This document shows, piece by piece, positions 28,784-38,486 of a stretch of DNA of 64,000 bases. The stretch spans positions 897,130 through 961,129 of the forward strand of contig JBAZBY010000001.1 of the NCBI GenBank assembly GCA_041671225.1, read 5' to 3'. Under the pieces are notes generated by a model. It ran no database searches. It worked only from the letters and a program-made list of their open reading frames with translations, and was not told where the DNA came from. The position numbers and the translations under genes were made by a program. Within the stretch, counting starts at the first letter, position 1, and every line of letters begins with the position of its first letter. This stretch comes from Patescibacteria group bacterium (GTDB taxonomy: Bacteria > Patescibacteriota > Patescibacteriia > JBAZBY01).

Positions 28784-30065
28784 ATTTATGTATTACGCTT
28801 ATTAGTGAAAGGTCTTTATATTTAACTACAAAATATACTTCATAAGCAATATTCCTTGCCAAGTACGCAATGGCGGTACCAATGGCTGCGCCTAAAATGC
28901 CAAAAACAGGAACCAAAATAATATCAAGAGCAATATTCAGCGTTACCTGAAACATGCTCGTCATTTGCGTAAATTTATAGTCCTTGGTGGCGGTTAAGAC
29001 GGTTGCATAAAAAATATTATAGAGTTCAAGCACAGCAACCAATAAGAGAATTTCAATCACGGGGATAGCGCCGTGGTAACTTGAGGGAAAAATATTGTTG
29101 ATAGCTATCGGAAGTAAGGCCAATAGCATACATAGTAAAGATGCCCCGAGGAGAAAAATCTTCGGTCTCTTATTGAACAAGAACTTTTTTACCGTTTCCC
29201 TATCACCTACTATTTGCTGGCTCACAACTGGCAAATAATATGCATTGATAATGAGGATTAAACTCGCAATCCCCTTAAAGATCTGGTAGCCAAAATTATA
29301 AACCCCTATATCACCAATTGACGTGTAGGATTTTAATACTATATTGTCACCCCAGTTTATTAAATAGAGTGCGGCGGCGCCAAAGAATTGCCAACGCGCG
29401 TACGCAAACATCTCTAGGAAGTACTTTTTTTCGATTTTCCATGGCCTCAGTAACGAAAAATTTATGGACCGTATATAGAAGGGAAGCGAAAGAACCATTG
29501 CTATGAAGTAGACCGAGAAGAGCGTCTTGATAGTCAGATTGTGGATTCCAAAGAAGTAGAGTACCGCAAGGACGCTGATGACTCCATACAAGAGATTAAA
29601 AAGTGAATCCTTTCTCTTATTGTTAAGCGCCAAAAATAAATAGCTTAAGAAAAACTTGAACGTTACCCCCACAAAAGCAAAACAGAGCCACAACAGTTCC
29701 TGGTTCCCTATACCAATAAAAGCCGAAAGTTGGTTTCTGAATATCAGGGTTACCAATAAAAACAACACAACGGAAGTCCCGGTAAAAATCAACTGGTTGG
29801 AGAAAGATCTATTGATTTTCCCGGACTTTGCCATTTCTTGATTGGCAAACACAACAAACGGACCAAGGCTGGAATAAATAAAAATACTGGCAAAAAGGAA
29901 GATAACCATTTTGCCGAGTGAGTACACACCAAAAGTTTCTGGAGAAATGATAAAGGCCAAACCGAGCGGAATAACCATTTCAAGTCCGGTGCCCAATGAC
30001 TTCAAAAGGGTATATGCGAAAAACTTTCTACCCTGTTTCAGTTGGCGCATGATGATATTTCCCAT
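28764..30065 (-). CDS. Wzx-like polysaccharide flippase (MOP superfamily)
   Basis: 433 aa, ~12 TM helices, typical polysaccharide-biosynthesis-protein N-terminus. Confidence 0.7.
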   Translation of the reverse strand: MGNIIMRQLKQGRKFFAYTLLKSLGTGLEMVIPLGLAFIISPETFGVYSLGKMVIFLFASIFIYSSLGPFVVFANQEMAKSGKINRSFSNQLIFTGTSVVLFLLVTLIFRNQLSAFIGIGNQELLWLCFAFVGVTFKFFLSYLFLALNNKRKDSLFNLLYGVISVLAVLYFFGIHNLTIKTLFSVYFIAMVLSLPFYIRSINFSLLRPWKIEKKYFLEMFAYARWQFFGAAALYLINWGDNIVLKSYTSIGDIGVYNFGYQIFKGIASLILIINAYYLPVVSQQIVGDRETVKKFLFNKRPKIFLLGASLLCMLLALLPIAINNIFPSSYHGAIPVIEILLLVAVLELYNIFYATVLTATKDYKFTQMTSMFQVTLNIALDIILVPVFGILGAAIGTAIAYLARNIAYEVYFVVKYKDLSLISVIHKYAGTPR

Positions 30066-32072
30066 CTATTTTATTTTCGAATATCTATAGACAAAAACCT
30101 TGCCATCGCCGGATTGATACAGTAATTGCTTGTCGTCTCTATGATTCAGCAAGTAGTGATAAATACCGTTGTACGAATCAGTAAGATTTGCGTAATAGGC
30201 AAGGTGCGGGTAATCGATAAAAATGAGATCTTTCTCCTCAAGTTCAGGAATGGTGAACTTCACGCCTTTATTCACATAATCTTTTGTTGGATCACTTAAC
30301 CGCATGATAGGAGCGGTGATGTCGTATTTTGCAATATAAAAATCATAGATTGATCTGCTCAGGATAACAGAATTTGTTGTCAGGTTTTCCTTAATTATTT
30401 TGAAATAGGCATCATGATTATAATTCCATCGATCCAGATTAAATATCCTGCTGGTATGACTGATTGGACATGACAAAGCAGCATTACTTTGACAAACGCC
30501 AAAAACAGCCAAGGGCGTAATCAAAAGAACAAAGAGCGCGCTCAATAATACACCAAAGCTTAGTGTCCGTATTTGTGGAACGGAAATATGCTGGGCTATC
30601 ATCGAAACCAAAACATACAACGAGTAAACAATAGTAAGAATATAAAAAGGATAAATAAAAATCATGTACCGTGGATCACCAAAAAGTGATCCATTAAAAA
30701 CGAAGACATACAACGGCACTACGGAAAAAAATGCCGCGTATGAAAGCTTTATCAAAGAAGGCACCTTCTTATAGAAAAAAAGCGGAAACAGAAAAAGCGG
30801 TACGGTAAGATACCCGCCAGACAAATAGGAGAAGGTATAATCCAAGAACCTCCAGTAAACATCCCCCTTCATATTGCCATACCACGAACCGATGAATGAC
30901 ACGCCCATGAAATACAAAATGAACAAGGATGCGATGCCAGAGATAATGAGTACTATGGGATAAAACAATTGCCGGTGCCGTTTAAGGTGGAAAATAAAAT
31001 ACAAAAGAATGATGGGTAAAAAAAGAATGCCCGTATAATGTGTCTGGATATCGATAAACCAAACGAAGAGTAACCCCCCAAACGCAAGATAATTCTTTTT
31101 TATAAAATGGATAAAATAGCGAATGGTGGTTTTAAGATCAACATAGGAGGTCATGACGTCGGACTCGATTTTGCTAAACAGCCAAACAAATAAAAGTACG
31201 GAAAGAAAAAAAAGGAACAGATGGAGCGAATACATTCGAGCAACTCGTGAGTAATAGACAAATAAATAAAAACTACTGAGTGAGAAGAGGCTAAGTAATT
31301 GTAACGTCTTTGAAAAATATCTTCGCACCAATAAATAAAAAACAAAAAGAAATAAGATGCCGGCAATGACCGAGAACAGCCGTAAATTATAGTAACTCAT
31401 GTAGTCACCGCCGAGCAATCGTGTAGTCAAAGCGGCTCCCAGGGAGTACGGAAGCGCTCGACTGTAAAAATCTTCGCTTGCCGAACTATCCGCTCCATAT
31501 TGAAGATCACTCATTGAGATGCCGTGATCAAGGATATACTGCACAGCGATTTGGCTCAGAAATTCATCGTTCTGAAGCGGCAGTATGTCTACATTATTTA
31601 CTCTAATGAAAAACGCATTAACAAGAATAAAAAGAAAAATCACAGAAAAGACAATCCCCTCCTTATAACCCCAGCGCATGAGCCCCCCCAGAATGGGAAT
31701 TGTAGTAAGTCGTGGCCACGAACGATTGAAAGATTGCCCTCGCTTTTTCTGCGCTGCGACTTCGGATTCTTTTTTTTGAGAAATCTTTTCTGCTTGCGCG
31801 GACCAATCCACTACGGTCGGATCTTTTACATGATTAAGCAACAGCGCTCCTCCAATCGGCACGAGTAAAATAAGGTTGTACCAATCCAAAAAAAATAAGG
31901 TACTTGTATAATACCCGCCAACTTTAAAAGACACCCAAAAAATAGTCGCAGCAATGACAATAAACCACATTACTACATTTTGTAATGGACGATCTTTTTT
32001 GTGTGGCTGATACTCAAAATTATCGGTCAGTGATATTTTCATCATCTCGTATAGACTCTCAAGAGTATACAT
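30066..32072 (-). CDS. GT-C membrane glycosyltransferase, ArnT/PMT-like
   Basis: 668 aa, polytopic, loop motif LPLQNDEFLSQIAVQYILDHGISMSD, C-terminal ~170-aa soluble domain. The start is uncertain (possible internal start near MRWGYKEG). Confidence 0.5.
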   Translation of the reverse strand: MYTLESLYEMMKISLTDNFEYQPHKKDRPLQNVVMWFIVIAATIFWVSFKVGGYYTSTLFFLDWYNLILLVPIGGALLLNHVKDPTVVDWSAQAEKISQKKESEVAAQKKRGQSFNRSWPRLTTIPILGGLMRWGYKEGIVFSVIFLFILVNAFFIRVNNVDILPLQNDEFLSQIAVQYILDHGISMSDLQYGADSSASEDFYSRALPYSLGAALTTRLLGGDYMSYYNLRLFSVIAGILFLFVFYLLVRRYFSKTLQLLSLFSLSSFYLFVYYSRVARMYSLHLFLFFLSVLLFVWLFSKIESDVMTSYVDLKTTIRYFIHFIKKNYLAFGGLLFVWFIDIQTHYTGILFLPIILLYFIFHLKRHRQLFYPIVLIISGIASLFILYFMGVSFIGSWYGNMKGDVYWRFLDYTFSYLSGGYLTVPLFLFPLFFYKKVPSLIKLSYAAFFSVVPLYVFVFNGSLFGDPRYMIFIYPFYILTIVYSLYVLVSMIAQHISVPQIRTLSFGVLLSALFVLLITPLAVFGVCQSNAALSCPISHTSRIFNLDRWNYNHDAYFKIIKENLTTNSVILSRSIYDFYIAKYDITAPIMRLSDPTKDYVNKGVKFTIPELEEKDLIFIDYPHLAYYANLTDSYNGIYHYLLNHRDDKQLLYQSGDGKVFVYRYSKIK

Positions 32073-32123
32073 TTTGTGGGGAAAAAAGTAAAATATCTGG
32101 CCAAAAGATTTCTTTCTGGTTTT

Positions 32124-32152
32124 TTGACGTGCACCTACGCTTCGACTATAAT
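32124..32152 (+). promoter_or_regulatory. canonical sigma70-like promoter (-35 TTGACG 32124-32129, 17 nt, -10 TATAAT 32147-32152)
   Basis: Read directly. It lies in the divergent intergenic region upstream of the GT4-GT2-Wzx-membrane protein operon. Confidence 0.5.
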
Positions 32153-32182
32153 TTGATTGGTTCCATAATCATTACAAGGCTC

Positions 32183-33202
32183 GTGCAATCAAAAAAAATT
32201 ATCTTTATTTTCCCGACATTCAACGGGCCATACGGAGGTGAGCGGCATTGTCTTCGCTTAGCCGATGAGCTTACTCGTCAAGGAAATGAGGTAGAGATTT
32301 GGACGCATTACTTCAATGTATCGTGCCGACCGCTGCTCAGCGCAAACGTCAAACTAAAAACAATGACATGGGGGCTACCAAGAATCCATAGTCTCGCTGT
32401 TATTGCAGCACTGTTTCGAATGCCGCGCTTGGCTCATCTCTTAAAGCAACGCAAGAATATAGCCGATGCTTTGATTGTTGCCATGGGTTGGCAATCGGCA
32501 TATGCGCTAACGTCATTACAGGATACCGGTGCGCGATTGGTATATTACTGTCTTGAGCCACCGCGATTTTTATATGACCTAAAAAAGATGGGCTCTCTCA
32601 CAACCCGATTATCCAACTACATTGTCAGTCCAATGATACGACGGATTGATCTAAGAAGTGTCCGCGCAATAAAAACAATATTCACCAATAGTCCCGAAAC
32701 ACAAACGGCAATTACGTCCATATATGGTCGTGAGAGTCAGGTTGTCTATCCGGGGATCGAAAAGGATCGGTTCAAGAAATACACAAAGTCGCAGGCAAAA
32801 GAAAAGCTCGGTTTAGCGCCGAATACCAGGCTCTATTTATCAGCAGGCAAGCTACACCGCCGCAAACGCATAGACGCCGCAATTGATTATTTCCTTACGC
32901 AGCCACAGGGAACGCTTTACATCATAGGCGATGGTCCGGATCGGAATAGACTTGTTTCATATGCCAAGGAAAAAGACCGATCGGGGCAACGTATTCGCTT
33001 TCTCGGTCAATGCTCGGATGACGTTGTTGCGTTGCATTTTCAGGCAGCCGATTACTTTGTCTTCATGGCAAAGGATGAACCTTTTGGATTGGTCATCGCA
33101 GAGGCTAAAGCGGCTGGCTGTCACATTGTTCCTCATGATATTCATCGTCCGTCTCTTTCATGGAGCGAATCAGCACAAACGTTTATGACAGCACTCATAT
33201 GA
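32183..33202 (+). CDS. GT4 glycosyltransferase
   Basis: KIIFIFPTFNGPYGGERH..., EPFGLVIAEAKAAGCHIV (the E-x7-E region). The start was moved from 31985 to GTG 32183 because the long ORF overlaps the divergent gene and the promoter. Confidence 0.7.
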   Translation: MQSKKIIFIFPTFNGPYGGERHCLRLADELTRQGNEVEIWTHYFNVSCRPLLSANVKLKTMTWGLPRIHSLAVIAALFRMPRLAHLLKQRKNIADALIVAMGWQSAYALTSLQDTGARLVYYCLEPPRFLYDLKKMGSLTTRLSNYIVSPMIRRIDLRSVRAIKTIFTNSPETQTAITSIYGRESQVVYPGIEKDRFKKYTKSQAKEKLGLAPNTRLYLSAGKLHRRKRIDAAIDYFLTQPQGTLYIIGDGPDRNRLVSYAKEKDRSGQRIRFLGQCSDDVVALHFQAADYFVFMAKDEPFGLVIAEAKAAGCHIVPHDIHRPSLSWSESAQTFMTALI

Positions 33203-34026
33203 CACCGCCTAAGGTCTCAATCATTATTGCTACCTACAACAGTTCTGCGATTATAGCTAAAACCCTGGATAGCATCTTCCAGCAAACCTACACTCCATTC
33301 GAAATCATTGCCGTTGATGATGCTTCGACCGACGACACACCAGCACTGCTGCAATCATATGTCGTTCGTTATCCGCATATTTTTCGTTACTTTCAAAATG
33401 AAAAAAATATCGGTGCCGCTCGGACCTATCATCGACTCCTCACGCTTGCGAATGGCAAATATGTGAATAATCTCAACCATGACGATTATTTTCAGGATAA
33501 GAATAAACTGGCGTCACAAGTTGCCTTTTTGGAATCACGCCCCGAATATGTACTGATCGGTACCTGGGCCACATTGCTCTTCCCGGATGGATCACACTTC
33601 CAACGACGTTCAAAGACAACCGATCAGGACTTGCGGCGTTCGCTCTATGGGGGCACCAATCCCTTCGTACACTCTACGGTGCTTTTTCGTCGTGAGACGG
33701 CTTTGGCGGTTGGTGGCTATTCACTGCAATATGCAAAAAGCAATACTGAAGACCTCGATTTGTGGCTGGCACTCGGAACATGCGGCAAAATGGCATGCTT
33801 AAATTCACCTACAACCGCGTATACTATTTCAGAAAATGCTATTTCCTCCCATCGACGCTGGCAGCAAGCCATTGATGTCATTAAGGTGCTTCACCGATAC
33901 CACACGAACTATACGCAGTCCTTTACTTGGTACCCTTGGCAAATAGCAAAAATCGCCGCTCGTCAGATACTTTCTGCACTGTTTCCAAGGACTTTTATCA
34001 TGAAGCTAAAATACAGAAACAAATGA
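33199..34026 (+). CDS. GT2 glycosyltransferase (soluble)
   Basis: VSIIIATYNSSAII...IIAVDDASTDDT. ATGA overlap with the upstream stop. Confidence 0.8.
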   Translation: MTPPKVSIIIATYNSSAIIAKTLDSIFQQTYTPFEIIAVDDASTDDTPALLQSYVVRYPHIFRYFQNEKNIGAARTYHRLLTLANGKYVNNLNHDDYFQDKNKLASQVAFLESRPEYVLIGTWATLLFPDGSHFQRRSKTTDQDLRRSLYGGTNPFVHSTVLFRRETALAVGGYSLQYAKSNTEDLDLWLALGTCGKMACLNSPTTAYTISENAISSHRRWQQAIDVIKVLHRYHTNYTQSFTWYPWQIAKIAARQILSALFPRTFIMKLKYRNK

Positions 34027-35477
34027 ACAAGCCGACGCTTTTCCGCGGTATATTCTTGTTAACCACGGCGAACGCTATTTTCCTCGGTTCGGGTTATGTC
34101 ATCCAGGTGCTTCTTGGGCGATACTTCTCACCGGAAGTTTACGGGCTTTTTGGCGTCCTTATTTACATCGTCAATATCCTGAACACGATTTTTGCTTCAG
34201 GTTTTCTGGAAGGCATCTCTCGCAGCGTCGCCCGCAAACCGGAATCGGCAAATACGATTTTGCGTCATGGATTGCTTATAGAACTGCTTCTCTCGGGTGG
34301 TATTGGGTTGGTTTATTTTCTCTTTTCTCCATTGCTGGCGCACATTTTTAACCAGCCGGAAATTACAAAATACATCGCTTTCTCTGCGCTACTGATACCT
34401 ATCTATGGCTTACGGAGCGTCTACTTAGGACTGCTCAACGGCTTAAAAGAATTCACCGCTCAGTCATTGGCTATTATTTTTGCCGCGATCGTAAAAATAG
34501 GCTTAGTGGCATTGTTCGTATACCAAGGGCATGGCCTTGTCGCCATTCTCATTGCATATTTTTGCGCCGCGCTTGGTTCGTTGCTTGTGGGATATCTTTA
34601 TACCAGAGTGCACCGCCAATCGAATGAACCATCCTCCTTTAAAAATCTCGGCACCCTCGCGTTAACGTTGTCACTCTATGCCTCGCTCCTTCCTCTCCTG
34701 TCAAATATTGACCTCCTCTTCGTCAAATCAATCATAACCGACACAGCAGCGGCGGGATATTATAATGCGGCAACGACACTGGCGCGGTTTCCCCAATTTT
34801 TACTTGGAAGCTTTGGCGCCGCATTATTACCCTTTATTGCGAGCGACTATCATGCAGGACGCATTGATCGTTCGCGATTTATTGTCCAGCACGTTCTCAA
34901 ATATAGCATCCTTCTTCTCGTGCCCATCATTATTATTTCTGTCTTTAGCGGCGACCAACTCATCCAATTAATTTATACTGATGCATACGCCCCAGCTATT
35001 CATCCTTTTATGATCCTCATTTTTGCCCTTTGTCTTCTCTCTGTGGTGCAAATACTATTAACGACGCTTATAGGAATCGGTTCTGAACGATCGGTGGTGA
35101 CCATCGTCCTATGGGCCATCGCCGTTGATGTTGTCGCACTCATAGTGGGCGTGAATTATTTCGGACTTGTCGGCGCCGCATGGTCAACGCTCTTGGCTGC
35201 ATTATTTGTATTCATACTTTCATTTCCCCTGCTGCGCAAGAATCTCCAGTGGCATACATTTCCAAAAGTACCCATTCTCAAATTGATACTGCTTACGGGC
35301 GTCTTGTCAATTGTCGCCCAGTATCTCTTTGAAAACCCATTAAATCATGCACTCCTGCTTCTCACCTATGCCTTCTTTCTTGTAGGATATGTAGTACTGC
35401 TTTTATTATCAAAAATTATCACACTGCGTGAAGTAACTTCCATCAAATCTATTCTCTTCAGATCCGATATCTCATGA
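34023..35477 (+). CDS. Wzx-like polysaccharide flippase (MOP superfamily)
   Basis: About 14 TM helices with a polysaccharide-biosynthesis-protein N-terminus. ATGA overlap with the upstream stop. Confidence 0.75.
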   Translation: MNKPTLFRGIFLLTTANAIFLGSGYVIQVLLGRYFSPEVYGLFGVLIYIVNILNTIFASGFLEGISRSVARKPESANTILRHGLLIELLLSGGIGLVYFLFSPLLAHIFNQPEITKYIAFSALLIPIYGLRSVYLGLLNGLKEFTAQSLAIIFAAIVKIGLVALFVYQGHGLVAILIAYFCAALGSLLVGYLYTRVHRQSNEPSSFKNLGTLALTLSLYASLLPLLSNIDLLFVKSIITDTAAAGYYNAATTLARFPQFLLGSFGAALLPFIASDYHAGRIDRSRFIVQHVLKYSILLLVPIIIISVFSGDQLIQLIYTDAYAPAIHPFMILIFALCLLSVVQILLTTLIGIGSERSVVTIVLWAIAVDVVALIVGVNYFGLVGAAWSTLLAALFVFILSFPLLRKNLQWHTFPKVPILKLILLTGVLSIVAQYLFENPLNHALLLLTYAFFLVGYVVLLLLSKIITLREVTSIKSILFRSDIS

Positions 35478-38400
35478 CAACACCATCTCTAAAAAATATT
35501 GTCGCAATCACGGTATTTTTTTTGCTTTTAACCGTCTTTTTCACGTATCCCGTCGTGACAACAATCACCAAGTCTGTTGCCGGCTCTGGTGGGGATGTAT
35601 TTATCACCTTATCCGGGATCAACCGTGAAACAGCCGAACTAAGGGACGGTAACTTATGGATAACACTCACGCAAAGATTTGCCGCACTTGAATTCTCGCC
35701 GTTAGGCATCTATACCTATTTGAATCTCTTCCTTAAGCTGCCACTTGCATACAATCTCTACTGGCTTTTTTCGTATGTTGCCGGCGGTCTAGGCATGTTT
35801 CTTCTGACATTCTATGTGTTGAGCAAGGATTTTGAAATTTCTGTTAACAACAACCGGCGCCTCATCACTATCGCGAGTATACTTGCGGGATGTATCTATA
35901 CGTTTAACCCTGCGCACATCACATGGTCAGTAGGATTTAGTGGCGGAACACACACCGAATGGATACCGTTTGCCACATATTTTTTGCTCCTCCTCTTCGA
36001 TCGTCCGAAACTTCGGTATTTCATTGGTTTTGGTATCTCCGCAATACTCCTGCTTCAAGGAGATTACCATTTCTCCTTTTTCTACTTACTATTCCTCATT
36101 CCGCTTATTCTACATCTCCTCAAAGGACGGCCCGCGCTACTGCGCAACAAAGTATTTTGGCGCTACATGATCGCCGCCGGCATTATCTGCATCACGGTAC
36201 TTCTTCTTGTTTTTACTCCCTTCCTTAAAAAGGCATTTTCCGAAAATAATACCCTTGCTCCAGGACTAGAGCAAGTGGTCACATACTCCACGGACTTCAT
36301 CTCGATCATTCTGCCATCTGACCTACATTCCTTCTTCGGAGATCACTTCAATGCAATCCGCAATTTTCTCACGGGTAATACTGCGGAACGGTCAACGTTC
36401 CTTGGTTTCACCGTCATCGCCTTCATTATTTTTGGTTTCACTCTTTTTAGAAGAAAACGGCCGCAGCACTTCCTTTTCTGGGCATATACGGGAATCATCG
36501 GATTTATTCTTGCACTTGGTCCTTTCTTGCATATTGGCGGGGTCTTTGAGCCCAGAGTGCCATTACCCTATCTCCTCCTCTACCGCTATCTGCCATTTGT
36601 TGATTACATTCGTGCCGTTGACCGTATTTGGGTGATACCCCTCATGGCTTTCTCACTTATTGCTGCATATGGAATATATTATTTCTTGAGCCACTGGCGA
36701 AAACAGACCATTACTATTTTCTTCATGGCACTCGTGTCACTGGGCATGATAAGTTTTGAATATATCACTATCCCTTTCCCAACGACATCTGTTGACTTTT
36801 CACCATATTATAACTTCATTGCTTCTGATCCTGATCCATCGGCAAAAGTCATCGATCTACCATCACCAACCAATTATGATGCCGAGGGTAAATCTCGCTA
36901 TTATCAAACGATACACCAAAAAGAACGAATTAGCGGAAATAATATCGCGAGAGAAAATATAAAGGACCTTAGCTTCGCTACATATACGCCGGTACTCTCA
37001 GATATCCTGTATACCTTTCCAAATGGGGATACACATCCGGAAGATATTATCTCTCAAGATAACGGTGCAATTGGCAACATCATTTTCAATCTTCATAATA
37101 TCCGGTATATCACGGTCCAGAAAGAATTCATCGGTGAGGGAGATAATGAAATTTCACCAGAAAGCTTCATCCGGCTTGATAACTACATTACCCAGAATCT
37201 TGACATCGAACAAGAGTACCAGGATGAGCAAATCTATGCGTACAAAATTAAAAAGGAAGTCCCTGCCTCAATTGTGTATCTCCAGCTTGGCGAGGGTTGG
37301 GAGGATCTCTCATCCGACCAGTCACGCTCCTTTAAGGATTCTGCAACGTTGAAAATCGTCAATACATATGACACGCCGCAACCACTGACGATCCAATTCG
37401 ATGCAAAAACAGGCTTCAATTCCGTTAAACGATTTTCTGCTTTATACAATGATGTTGTGCTTAAAACAAATCTCGCCTACCAACAACCACAAACATACTC
37501 CGTAAGCGTTCCAAGCGTTCCAAGCGGCACGAGCACTATGACGCTCCACCTTGATGATACCCCGCCAAACGATGCACAAATACAATCAGGGCTTATCATC
37601 AGTGATATTTCCTACCATATCGCTGATCCGTCGCCGATACCGGAAGAGCTCGCGTCCCTGCCAAACAAAGACGGTCATCTTCTTGTCGTCTCACCCCACT
37701 ACCCGGACTTCGGCCCAGGACTGCAGGAGGTCGGACACAAAGAGATCAACGGCCTGCACATCCTCACCATTGCAGATCTGATCACAAAAGATAAAAATGG
37801 ACACGCCCTTGTGGCCCACTGGCTTCCGCTTTTCAGTGAACTGACAAACGGCCGCCGTGATAATTATAGCGACTTCCAATCATTTCTGGATTTTCGAGAT
37901 CCATCATCATACCAAAAAGAGATCGAGCGGTTTGCGAATGAATATCAGATACACACGATCGCGATTGACCGTACCCTGCTCGACCAACAGGCACAGAATA
38001 CTCTTGTGGACTTCATACGACGCTATCTGCCTGTGACAGGAGGGAAAAAGAATGGAGATAACTACATCATTCTTTACATCGGCGACGTCCCAGCAAACAC
38101 GGCGCTTTCCATCAAACCTGGATCCGGCTGGGAGGTGGCGCGGCGGGATTCCGACGGCACGACCAGTCGCTATACAAATCAAAGCGCGGACATGAATCTG
38201 TATCTCTGGAATCAAGGTTCTGCGGAACTCTCATTCAATGCCTGGACCTGCGAACAAGCAAATCGATTCGTGGCAGTATTCCTCGATGGTGCATGGATCC
38301 AAAACATTCAGCTTGATCAAGCAACACGGCAATCATTCTCTCTCCACTTGGGTGATACACTTCTTGCTGGAATACATACTATACGGTTTATTCCCTACGG

Positions 38401-38485
38401 TGAGGATATGCAACCATTAAATAACCAATCACAAGCCTGCGGCATGTGGATGAGTAATGTTACCGCAAGAGAGTTAGTAGAATAA
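35474..38485 (+). CDS. 1003-aa polytopic membrane protein with ~520-aa extracytoplasmic C-terminal domain, YfhO-like GT-C candidate
   Basis: An N-terminal ~480-aa block of >=12 TM helices followed by a large soluble domain. ATGA overlap with the Wzx stop. The YfhO-like call is inference from architecture and operon context. Confidence 0.45.
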   Translation: MTTPSLKNIVAITVFFLLLTVFFTYPVVTTITKSVAGSGGDVFITLSGINRETAELRDGNLWITLTQRFAALEFSPLGIYTYLNLFLKLPLAYNLYWLFSYVAGGLGMFLLTFYVLSKDFEISVNNNRRLITIASILAGCIYTFNPAHITWSVGFSGGTHTEWIPFATYFLLLLFDRPKLRYFIGFGISAILLLQGDYHFSFFYLLFLIPLILHLLKGRPALLRNKVFWRYMIAAGIICITVLLLVFTPFLKKAFSENNTLAPGLEQVVTYSTDFISIILPSDLHSFFGDHFNAIRNFLTGNTAERSTFLGFTVIAFIIFGFTLFRRKRPQHFLFWAYTGIIGFILALGPFLHIGGVFEPRVPLPYLLLYRYLPFVDYIRAVDRIWVIPLMAFSLIAAYGIYYFLSHWRKQTITIFFMALVSLGMISFEYITIPFPTTSVDFSPYYNFIASDPDPSAKVIDLPSPTNYDAEGKSRYYQTIHQKERISGNNIARENIKDLSFATYTPVLSDILYTFPNGDTHPEDIISQDNGAIGNIIFNLHNIRYITVQKEFIGEGDNEISPESFIRLDNYITQNLDIEQEYQDEQIYAYKIKKEVPASIVYLQLGEGWEDLSSDQSRSFKDSATLKIVNTYDTPQPLTIQFDAKTGFNSVKRFSALYNDVVLKTNLAYQQPQTYSVSVPSVPSGTSTMTLHLDDTPPNDAQIQSGLIISDISYHIADPSPIPEELASLPNKDGHLLVVSPHYPDFGPGLQEVGHKEINGLHILTIADLITKDKNGHALVAHWLPLFSELTNGRRDNYSDFQSFLDFRDPSSYQKEIERFANEYQIHTIAIDRTLLDQQAQNTLVDFIRRYLPVTGGKKNGDNYIILYIGDVPANTALSIKPGSGWEVARRDSDGTTSRYTNQSADMNLYLWNQGSAELSFNAWTCEQANRFVAVFLDGAWIQNIQLDQATRQSFSLHLGDTLLAGIHTIRFIPYGEDMQPLNNQSQACGMWMSNVTARELVE

Positions 38486-38486
38486 C

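Noticed and set aside
30066-31679. Shorter version of the GT-C gene starting at internal Met (MRWGYKEG)
   Set aside because: That start would place the DE loop right after TM1 as in ArnT. The upstream 393 nt, however, are in-frame, encode two plausible TM helices and abut the Wzx gene, so I kept the full ORF and flagged the start as uncertain.
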